The notes under the pieces were generated by a model. It made no database searches, was not told where the DNA came from, and saw nothing but the letters and a program-made list of their open reading frames with translations. This document shows, piece by piece, positions 56,596 to 64,000 of a stretch of 64,000 bases of DNA. The number at the start of each line of letters is the position of its first letter. Position 1 is the first letter of the stretch. The position numbers and the translations under genes are program-made. Origin of the DNA: a bacterium (GTDB lineage: Bacteria; Actinomycetota; Acidimicrobiia; Spongiisociales; ZC4RG35); the NCBI GenBank assembly GCA_024639335.1, contig JAHEIN010000001.1, positions 1,408 through 65,407 of the forward strand. The letters are read 5' to 3'.

Positions 56596-57711
56596 TCATG
56601 CCGACGGAAGCACGAATGTGAAGGTCGCGCCCTGGCGGGGGCCGTCACTGCTCGCCATGAGATCACCTCCGTGGAGGCGGGCGAGCGTCCGGGCGATGTT
56701 GAGACCGATCCCCGTCCCGGGCGATTCCGGTTCGAGGCGTGTGAATCGCTCGAAGATGACTTGGATCTGGTCGGGCCGCAGCCCGATTCCGGTGTCCTCG
56801 ACCTCGATCCGAAGGGTCGACCCGTCGACGCTGCCTCGGATCGTCACCGATCCGCCCAAGGGTGTGTGCGTGAGTGCGTTGCCCACGACGTTCATCACCG
56901 CTTGGGTGAGTCGGTCCCGATCAGCCATCACGACCAGACCGTCACGGATCTCGATCACGAGATCCACGCCCTTCATCTCGTACTGCGAGCGCAGCCGATC
57001 GGATACCACACCGATGATCTCGGCCAGATCGACGCGCTCGAGATCCAGGTCGAGCGCTCCTTCCTGTGCTCTGGAGAGCAAGGAGAGGTCCTGCGTGAGC
57101 CGACCGAGACGATTGGCCTCGGCTGCGACCGTCGTGAACGTCTCGGTGTCAGGCGGCAGTACTCCATCGATGAGGCCCTCCATGTATCCCTCGATGGTGG
57201 AGAGCGGATTGCGCAACTCGTGGGCAAGGTCAGAGACCAGTTGGGCTCTCGCCAGCTCGGTGTCGGCCAGTTCGGCGCCAAGAGCGTTGATGGACCGGCC
57301 GAGATCGGCGAGCTCGGCTTCGGACGCCAACTCGACCGCATGCCGGTAGTCCCCGGCCGCCATCCGCTCGGTGGCGGCTCGCATTTCGGTGAGTTGACGC
57401 AACATGCGCCTGCTGAGCCAGAACGCCAGCGCCACGGCGAGCACGAGCCCGATCGCTCCAGCGACGAGCAGTCCGTTTGTGAGTGCTTCTCGCCAGGCCT
57501 CGTCGGCCTCAGAAGGAACGGCAACAGACTGACTCGCTCGACCGGGCCCGGCTCCCCGACCGGCCCCCTGTTGGAGTCCCTGTTGGAGACGCTGCTGAGC
57601 GATGTTGGGCGTGAGCACGGTGACCGTCACGGCGGCCACTGCCATCACGGTGACAACGATCCCGACGTAGGTGACGGCCAAGCGCGAACGCAGCGTGGGT
57701 CGGAAGGTCAC
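56596..57711 (-). CDS. Sensor histidine kinase
   Basis: Two TM segments, HAMP, H-box AHELRNPLSTI, HATPase N/G boxes. 4-nt overlap with the upstream response regulator. Confidence 0.85.
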   Translation of the reverse strand: MTFRPTLRSRLAVTYVGIVVTVMAVAAVTVTVLTPNIAQQRLQQGLQQGAGRGAGPGRASQSVAVPSEADEAWREALTNGLLVAGAIGLVLAVALAFWLSRRMLRQLTEMRAATERMAAGDYRHAVELASEAELADLGRSINALGAELADTELARAQLVSDLAHELRNPLSTIEGYMEGLIDGVLPPDTETFTTVAAEANRLGRLTQDLSLLSRAQEGALDLDLERVDLAEIIGVVSDRLRSQYEMKGVDLVIEIRDGLVVMADRDRLTQAVMNVVGNALTHTPLGGSVTIRGSVDGSTLRIEVEDTGIGLRPDQIQVIFERFTRLEPESPGTGIGLNIARTLARLHGGDLMASSDGPRQGATFTFVLPSA

Positions 57712-58406
57712 TGTGGATCCGCCAGGAAGCGATAGCCCACACCACGGACGGTTCCAACCAGGTCGGGATCGGATGCATCGTCATCGAGCGCCCGTCTCAG
57801 GTTCCGGATGTGCACATCGACGACCCGTTCGTCCCCGACGAAGTCCCACCCCCACACCGCCTCGAGCAACTGACGGCGGGAGAAGACCCGACCGGGCTGC
57901 GAGGCGAGCTTCGCCAGCAGATCGAACTCGAGGGCCGTGAGCTCGCACACTTTGTCGTTTCGCTCGACGTGCCTTCGAGCAAGATCGATCTCGAGCTGCT
58001 CGAACACGAGGAGGTCGTCGTCGGCCGGACGGGCGCTGCGCGCTCTCCGGAGCACGGCCTTGACGCGGGCGATCAGCTCACGAGGGCTGAACGGCTTCGA
58101 CAGGTAGTCGTCCGCTCCAACCGAGAGACCGATCACCTTGTCCGTCTCCTCGGCCCGTGCTGTGAGCATGATCACATAGACATCGGAGAAGCGTCGGATC
58201 TCGCGAAGCGCTTCGATCCCGTCGAGCACCGGCATCTTGACGTCGAGAATCACGAGGTCCGGCTCTCGACGTCGGACCTGTTCCACGGCCTGGTCACCGT
58301 CGGCCGCCTCGATGACCTCGAACCCCTCAGCTCGCAGGTACGAGCCGACGAGGTTGCGGAGGTTCGCTTCGTCATCGACGACGAGGATCTTCGGGGAAGC
58401 CCTCAT
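57708..58406 (-). CDS. OmpR/PhoB-family response regulator
   Basis: Start trimmed to the ATG at 58406 (MRASPKILVVDDE). Receiver plus winged-helix output (LTALEFDLL...GVGYRF). Confidence 0.9.
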   Translation of the reverse strand: MRASPKILVVDDEANLRNLVGSYLRAEGFEVIEAADGDQAVEQVRRREPDLVILDVKMPVLDGIEALREIRRFSDVYVIMLTARAEETDKVIGLSVGADDYLSKPFSPRELIARVKAVLRRARSARPADDDLLVFEQLEIDLARRHVERNDKVCELTALEFDLLAKLASQPGRVFSRRQLLEAVWGWDFVGDERVVDVHIRNLRRALDDDASDPDLVGTVRGVGYRFLADPQ

Positions 58407-58494
58407 GAAGGCAATGCTACGAGCAAAGGGGGCGCCGGTCTGGCGCCCCCTTCGGCTGCAGGGTCCCAGTTGCGGTCCCCACTCGGCTGAACGA

Positions 58495-59022
58495 TCACCG
58501 ACCGCCCCGACCGAGCTGGTTTCCGGTCCCATCTTCGGGGCCTTCATGCAGCGGACCGTTTCCGGCTTCGGAGCCCGGGCCGTAGCCCTGTTGCTCACCT
58601 TGCGGCTCGGCGAGTTTCAGCTGTTGCTGTGCCTCGGTCCGCACCTGCTCGCGCTGTTGGAGCCCGTCGCCGTCGCAGTTGGCCTGATCGCGCACTTGTT
58701 CGCGCTCACGGGTCTGGACCTGTTCCCCGGCCTGGTCAGAAGCGGGGTCATGGATCCGGAGCTGCTTGAGCTCCTGGATCTCCTCACGGTCGACGTCCGG
58801 AGCGTTCGTGCGATCCTGGTCTCGACCACGGATCTGGTCGCGCTCGGCAACCACCGAGTCGTACCCGCACTCTGCGCAATCGCGATCTTGTGCTTGCTCG
58901 CGCACTTGCTCGGCTGTCATCGATCCGCTGTCGAAGTCGGGTCCGCTCGAAGCCACAGCCATGACAGCTGGGATGACGAGCAATAGTGACAGAGCAAGGA
59001 TCAGCAGTGTTCTGCGCCTCAT
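58495..59022 (-). CDS. Secreted low-complexity Gln/Glu/Arg/Asp-rich protein
   Basis: ATG at 59022 with AAGGAGG 6 nt upstream. Signal peptide MRRRTLLILALSLLLVIPAVMAVASS. The remainder is a charged low-complexity sequence with paired Cys (CAEC). Confidence 0.5.
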   Translation of the reverse strand: MRRRTLLILALSLLLVIPAVMAVASSGPDFDSGSMTAEQVREQAQDRDCAECGYDSVVAERDQIRGRDQDRTNAPDVDREEIQELKQLRIHDPASDQAGEQVQTREREQVRDQANCDGDGLQQREQVRTEAQQQLKLAEPQGEQQGYGPGSEAGNGPLHEGPEDGTGNQLGRGGR

Positions 59023-59115
59023 GTTCGAGCCTCCTTTCTTGGTCTCACACATACATGAGACCTCCCCGGCATGAAGGCAACGAACGCAACTCCGTGAAGC
59101 TTGCATGAAGCTGGA

Positions 59116-59334
59116 TCAGGAAACGAGCAACTCTGCGAGGATCAACCCGACCCCGACGAGCGCAACGACCAATCCCACGAACCGCACCAAGAACTCGTAG
59201 GACGCCATGGCCTCGGCGCCCCGCCGATCGAGGGGACGGGGCCAAACCCGCACGGCGCGCTCGACGACGTGCAACGAATTGGTGGCCGCGAGTACCCCGA
59301 GCGCCGCCAACACCACTCCAAGGAACAGGTACAT
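59116..59334 (-). CDS. Small two-TM membrane protein
   Basis: Second ATG at 59334 has AGGAGG 8 nt upstream. Two hydrophobic helices (LFLGVVLAALGVLAA, FVGLVVALVGVGLILAELLV). Confidence 0.4.
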   Translation of the reverse strand: MYLFLGVVLAALGVLAATNSLHVVERAVRVWPRPLDRRGAEAMASYEFLVRFVGLVVALVGVGLILAELLVS

Positions 59335-59503
59335 CGAGAAGCTCCTCCTCATATGATCCCGCTCGTGTCATGCCGGCGACAGAGCAGTTGTAGCCACCGA
59401 CACCACGATGCGGAACACATGGCCGGATCTCGAGGTTTCGTTCCCGGTCGAGGGCCGCGCGCTTGGCGGTCCCGGTAGGTTTGCCGAGTCGGAAGGGAGC
59501 GAG

Positions 59504-61915
59504 ATGAGGGACCAGTACCGGGTGGTTGTGATCGGTGGCGGTGTCGTCGGTGCCAGCGTGCTCTATCACCTCGCAAAGCTCGGCTGGACCGATGTCGCCA
59601 TCCTCGAGCGCAGCGTCCTTACCGCCGGTTCGAGCTGGCACGCCGCCGGTGGCGTCCACGCCCTCAACGCCGATCCGAACATCGCCGCCCTCCAGACCTA
59701 CACCATCGATCTCCTGTCGGAGATCGAGGCCGAATCCGGCCACGACATCAGCCTGCACATGACCGGCGGAATCTCGGTGGCCTCTGCACCGGAGCGATGG
59801 GAGTGGCTCCAGGCGACGTACCGCATCTACCAGACGATGGGGATCGAAGACTGTCATCTGATGACGCCTGATGAGATCGCCGATCGCTGCCCGATCATCA
59901 ACACCGAAGGGGTGCTGGGCGGGCTCTGGGCCGATCGGGAAGGTCACATCGACCCATCGGCAGTCGTACACGCTTATGCCAAGGCGGCTCGTCAACGTGG
60001 GGCTGAGGTGATCGAGCACAACCGGGTGGTGGAGCTGAACCACCGACCCGACGGCAGCTGGGACGTCGCCACCGAGAAGGGGACGATCCACGCCGAGCAC
60101 GTCGTGAACGCTGCCGGCCTCTGGGCGAAACAGGTGGGCCGCATGGTCGGCGTGGAACTGCCGGTGTCACCCCTCGCCCACCACTATCTGGTCACCGATT
60201 CGATCCCTGAGCTGGAAGCCGCGGATGCGGAGATGCCGATGATGATCGACCTCGAAGGCTTCACCTACATGCGGCAGGAACGCACGGGTGTGCTGGTTGG
60301 CATCTACGAGATCGACCACAAGCACTGGAGCGTCGACGGCGCTCCCTGGGACTACGGGATCGAGTTGCTCCAGCCCGAGGTCGACCGGATCTCCGACGAG
60401 CTCTCCATGGCGATGACCCGCTATCCGGTGCTGGAGAACACACCGATCAACACATGGGTGAACGGAGCGTTCACATTCTCTCCCGACGGCAACCCGCTGG
60501 TCGGACCAGTCCCAGGTGTGAAGAACTACTGGTCTGCGTGTGCCGTGATGGCCGGTTTCCTCCAAGGCGGCGGCGTGGGCAAGTCCCTGGCCGAATGGAT
60601 GATCGAGGGCGAGACGGAAGAGGACATCTACGGCATGGACGTCGCCAGGTTCGGGTCATATGCCGAGAACCGGCAGTACATCAAGGAGAAGACAGGCCAG
60701 TTCTACTCGCGCCGCTTCGTGATGACCTACCCGAACGAGCAGCTGTGGGAAACCAGACCACTCAAGACGCCCCCGGCGTACGAGTCGATGACCGGCGACG
60801 GCGCCAACTGGGGTGAGATGTATGGGCTCGAGATCCCCATCTACTTCGCCTCGACCGGCTTCGAGGAGACTCCCACCCTGCGCCGCTCGAATGCTTTCGA
60901 CATCGTGGGCGAAGAGTGCCGACGGGTCCGGGACGGCGTCGGAATCATCGACATCACCGGCTTCTCGCGCTACGAGGTCACCGGGCCCAACGCCGAGGCC
61001 TGGCTCGACCATCTCATGTCTGCCAAGCTTCCCGGCGCCGGCAGGATTCGGTTGTCGCCGATGCTCGGGCACGACGGCCGACTCAAAGGTGACCTCACCG
61101 TGCTGAACTGGGGCGACGGCGCCTGGTGGATCATGGGCTCGTACTACCTGCGTGCCTGGCACATGCGTTGGTTCACCGACCATCTGGGCGAAGGAGTCTC
61201 AGTCCGCGACATCTCCGACGCGGTCGTCGGCTTCGGGCTCTCTGGGCCGCGGTCCCGACATTTGATGGAACTGTTGACCAACGACGACGTGTCGGCCGAG
61301 GCCTTCCGCTTCATGCAGTGCCGGACCATGGACGTCGGGCCGATTCGAGCGAAGGTGGGACGGATCTCGGTGACCGGTGAGCTGGGATACGAGATTCACT
61401 GCGACGCCACCGAGCACATCGCCCTCCGCCGGGCGCTGCTCGAAGCGGGTCGTGAGGTGGAGGCAATCGAATACGGCTTCAACGCCATGGGCTCGCTCCG
61501 GATGGAGAAGAGCTTCGGAATCTGGTCCAAGGAGTTCCGCCAGGAGTACACACCCGGTATGACCGGCATGGACCGGTGGATCGAGTGGTCGAAGGACTTC
61601 ATCGGTGCCGACGCCGCCCGCCGTGAACGGGATGAAGACTCGGCCCCGATGAGGCTGGTGACACTGGAGATCGACGCCACCGACGCCGACGGATCCGAAT
61701 ACGAGCCCGTGTGGCGCGATGGGCGACGAGTGGGATACATCACATCAGGTGAATACGGGCACGTCGTGGGGAAGAGCCTGGCGCTGGCACTGATCGACCG
61801 AGAGCACGAGGCGGTCGGCACCGAATTGACCGCCCATATCGTCGGCGAGGAGCGCCCCGCCCGGATCATCGCCGACTCCCCCCATGATCCCACCGGCTCT
61901 GCGATGCGGGCATGA
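59504..61915 (+). CDS. Dimethylglycine/sarcosine dehydrogenase-family protein (FAD-dependent oxidoreductase fused to GcvT-like folate-binding aminomethyltransferase domain)
   Basis: 803 aa. N-terminal VVVIGGGVVGASVLYHLAK FAD motif and covalent-FAD region SSWHAAGGV. C-terminal GcvT-like domain (GELGYEIH...). Confidence 0.85.
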   Translation: MRDQYRVVVIGGGVVGASVLYHLAKLGWTDVAILERSVLTAGSSWHAAGGVHALNADPNIAALQTYTIDLLSEIEAESGHDISLHMTGGISVASAPERWEWLQATYRIYQTMGIEDCHLMTPDEIADRCPIINTEGVLGGLWADREGHIDPSAVVHAYAKAARQRGAEVIEHNRVVELNHRPDGSWDVATEKGTIHAEHVVNAAGLWAKQVGRMVGVELPVSPLAHHYLVTDSIPELEAADAEMPMMIDLEGFTYMRQERTGVLVGIYEIDHKHWSVDGAPWDYGIELLQPEVDRISDELSMAMTRYPVLENTPINTWVNGAFTFSPDGNPLVGPVPGVKNYWSACAVMAGFLQGGGVGKSLAEWMIEGETEEDIYGMDVARFGSYAENRQYIKEKTGQFYSRRFVMTYPNEQLWETRPLKTPPAYESMTGDGANWGEMYGLEIPIYFASTGFEETPTLRRSNAFDIVGEECRRVRDGVGIIDITGFSRYEVTGPNAEAWLDHLMSAKLPGAGRIRLSPMLGHDGRLKGDLTVLNWGDGAWWIMGSYYLRAWHMRWFTDHLGEGVSVRDISDAVVGFGLSGPRSRHLMELLTNDDVSAEAFRFMQCRTMDVGPIRAKVGRISVTGELGYEIHCDATEHIALRRALLEAGREVEAIEYGFNAMGSLRMEKSFGIWSKEFRQEYTPGMTGMDRWIEWSKDFIGADAARRERDEDSAPMRLVTLEIDATDADGSEYEPVWRDGRRVGYITSGEYGHVVGKSLALALIDREHEAVGTELTAHIVGEERPARIIADSPHDPTGSAMRA

Positions 61916-62081
61916 AGTCCGCTGCACGCCACGCGTTGCACACTCTGTGCCGTGCGCCTTGCGCCCAGTTCACCGCCCGCAACCCGCATGGGTGTAGGGC
62001 GATGTTCACACTGCCCGCGACGCACCTCGGGAGGACCGTAGAGCACCCGCGGGCGGGGACTCGGCCGGAATCGGTCGACAC

Positions 62082-63713
62082 GTGATACGAAGGAGCCACG
62101 ACAACCCTCGGGCCGCCCAAGGAGCGGACAAACAACGACCGTGGAGTCACGAGATCCCGGATGGGCCGTGGGATGCGATCGTCATCGGCTCGGGGATGGG
62201 TGGGATGACGACGGCAGCGACGCTGGCGAAGCTCGGCCGGCGGGTCCTCGTGCTCGAACAGCACGTCATCCCGGGAGGATTCACCCAGACCTTCAAACGT
62301 CCCGGACATCACTGGGACGTCGGGGTCCACATCGTCGGGGAGATGACCGAACGCAGCTTCGCCGGACGCCTCCTCGCAGACCTCACCGATGGGCGACTCG
62401 CGTGGGAGTCGGTGGGCCCGGTCTACGACGAATTCAATTTCCCAGATGGCTTCACCATCCAGTTCCCCGACTCGCCCGAGGCCTTCCGCGAGACGCTCAT
62501 CGAGTTCTTCCCACACCAGCGGCAGGGCATCGACGAATACCTGTCCCTCGTTCGCCGAGCCTCACGGGCTTCAGGGCAGAACTTCCAGATGAGGGCACTT
62601 CCCCGGTACCTCGCATCGGGCAGAAGGCAGAGAGCGGCCGATGCAGCCCATCCACACGTGTCGGCCACCACCCAGAGCGTGCTGGAGTCGCTGGTCGACG
62701 ACCCCCAGCTCCGCTCGGTGTTGGCCGCCCAGTGGGGGTACTACGGCGTACCTCCCTCGCGTTCGTCGTTCGCCATGCACGCCCTGATGGTCCGGCACTT
62801 CCTCCACGGTGCCTACTACCCGGTCGGATCGGCAGCGAGTATGGCTCCGGCGTTGCTGCAGACCGTGGCAGACGCAAGCGGCTGGACTGCGGTTCGCCGG
62901 ACGGTGGAACGAATCGATGTCAAGCGCCGGCGGGTGGCCGGCGTGACGCTCGACGATGGCACCACGATCGAATCGAGGCAGGTGTTCAGCGCGGCGGGCG
63001 CGATCCCGACCGCTTCGATGCTCGGCGATGATGCTCCGGATGCCTGGTCCGACGCGTATCGGGAGCCGGGCCCCGCTCATCTCAGCCTCTACCTCGGCTT
63101 CTCCGGTGTGGACGTCGCATCCAACGGAGCGAAGCGGTACTGCCAGTGGTACTACGAATCGTGGGACACCGAGACGATCGGCTGGGACATCGCACCCGAC
63201 CGAGAACTGGGTAGCGCACCTGTCTTGTTCTGCAGCTTTCCTTCGATCAAAGACCCACAGCATGATCCCGGACCGGATCAGCGGCACACAGGCGAGGCGA
63301 TCACGTTCGTGCCGTGGGAGCCGTTCTCGGCGTGGAAGGACTCCCGCTGGCAGCGACGCGGGCCCGAGTACGACGAGTTCAAGGCGCGCCTCACCGATGC
63401 GCTGCTCGGCCAGTACCGGGACTCGTACCCTGGGCTCGCCCCTCACGTCCAGCACGCCGAGCTGTCCACCCCGGTTTCCACTCACCACTTCACGTACGCG
63501 CCGCACGGCTCGATATACGGTCTGTCCACCGAGCCGGAACGGTTCGGTGATGACACTCTGCTGCCCGCAACCTCGATCTCGGGCCTGTATCTGTCAGGCG
63601 CCGATGTCAGCACCCCGGGCATCGCCGGTGCTCTGATGGGAGGTCTGGTGGCGGCAGTCGCGGCTTCGCCGTTCGCGGGTGGACGGTATGTCCGCGCAGT
63701 GATGGCTCGATGA
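62082..63713 (+). CDS. FAD/NAD(P)-binding oxidoreductase, phytoene-desaturase (CrtI)/retinol-saturase-like
   Basis: AIVIGSGMGGMTTAATLAK dinucleotide-binding motif, followed by LVLEQHVIPGG. The start is uncertain (GTG at 62082; no in-frame ATG upstream of the Rossmann motif). Confidence 0.7.
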   Translation: MIRRSHDNPRAAQGADKQRPWSHEIPDGPWDAIVIGSGMGGMTTAATLAKLGRRVLVLEQHVIPGGFTQTFKRPGHHWDVGVHIVGEMTERSFAGRLLADLTDGRLAWESVGPVYDEFNFPDGFTIQFPDSPEAFRETLIEFFPHQRQGIDEYLSLVRRASRASGQNFQMRALPRYLASGRRQRAADAAHPHVSATTQSVLESLVDDPQLRSVLAAQWGYYGVPPSRSSFAMHALMVRHFLHGAYYPVGSAASMAPALLQTVADASGWTAVRRTVERIDVKRRRVAGVTLDDGTTIESRQVFSAAGAIPTASMLGDDAPDAWSDAYREPGPAHLSLYLGFSGVDVASNGAKRYCQWYYESWDTETIGWDIAPDRELGSAPVLFCSFPSIKDPQHDPGPDQRHTGEAITFVPWEPFSAWKDSRWQRRGPEYDEFKARLTDALLGQYRDSYPGLAPHVQHAELSTPVSTHHFTYAPHGSIYGLSTEPERFGDDTLLPATSISGLYLSGADVSTPGIAGALMGGLVAAVAASPFAGGRYVRAVMAR

Positions 63714-63881
63714 CGGCCGACGGACCAAGCGACGTGCCGGTGTTGGCTGTCGGCAACAAGAACGGCGGAAAGACCTACGCGTCTACCGGCCCGGCTCGGC
63801 GCGCCGCCCGGGCATTTCAGCGGCGACTGAGCTGCCTCGACCAACCAGCTCACGTATCGTGCATGCCGTGAGGTTCAAAGA

Positions 63882-64000
63882 GTGCTGACCGTCGACATCG
63901 ACGGCATCGAGATCGCCTACGACCGAGTCGGGAGTGGACCGCCCCTCCTGTTGCTCACTGGGCTCGGGGGCGTCGGCCGGGCCTGGGGCTCGCAGATCGA
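63882..64000 (+). CDS. Alpha/beta hydrolase fold protein (5-prime partial, runs off window)
   Basis: GTG start. N-terminus IEIAYDRVGSGPPLLLLTGLGG is typical of enol-lactonase/epoxide-hydrolase-like a/b hydrolases. Confidence 0.45.
   Translation, partial: MLTVDIDGIEIAYDRVGSGPPLLLLTGLGGVGRAWGSQI

Noticed and set aside
62141-63031. Alternative-frame 296-aa ORF overlapping the CrtI-like oxidoreductase
   Set aside because: Arg/Pro/Gly-rich artefact. The +1 frame carries the Rossmann GSGMGG motif and continuous homology.
1-64000. tRNA/rRNA genes, transposases, integrases, phage genes, toxin-antitoxin pairs, CRISPR
   Set aside because: I found none. The intergenic regions are short, and I spotted no T-loop-like GGTTCGAAT motifs outside CDSs by eye. 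A tRNAscan or Infernal run would be needed to exclude small RNAs rigorously.

Overview
This is a high-GC (~68%) chromosomal segment from an actinobacterium, probably Acidimicrobiia-like. I infer that from gene content alone: an mprA-mprB-pepD-like operon, F420-dependent enzymes, and the gene-fusion styles seen. About 60 genes are tightly packed on both strands. I found no transposase, integrase, CRISPR array, rRNA or tRNA. The window holds housekeeping genes (rlmN, pta-ackA, a thiolase, a dimethylglycine-dehydrogenase-like gene, a CoA ligase) and several ABC transporters. It also holds a cobalamin salvage and uptake operon (btuF-like binding protein, FecCD permease, ATPase, cobO, cobT, cobC-like phosphatase) on the minus strand behind a well-conserved cobalamin riboswitch. 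A minimal arsenic module (ArsC plus an aquaglyceroporin) is present. The most unusual content is envelope and secretion associated. First, a signal-peptide, C-terminally anchored protein with six tandem cupredoxin domains (five with complete type-1 copper ligand sets) joined by poly-proline linkers, followed by a SCO-like lipoprotein. Second, two paralogous OmpR-type two-component systems: one sits upstream of an HtrA protease (mprAB-pepD-like) and the other upstream of a lipoprotein serpin (protease inhibitor). Third, two tandem paralogous single-pass membrane proteins flank a secreted SLT-type lytic transglycosylase. Fourth, a K-channel-like membrane protein has an atypical TIGFAD filter and sits next to HExxH and other lipoproteins. 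Two short genes are missing from the ORF track: a DUF1059 protein and a 36-aa membrane peptide. One ORF-track entry (30909..31331) is labelled + but reads on the minus strand. Many long ORFs in the track are GC-driven shadow frames or upstream out-of-gene extensions, and I trimmed those.
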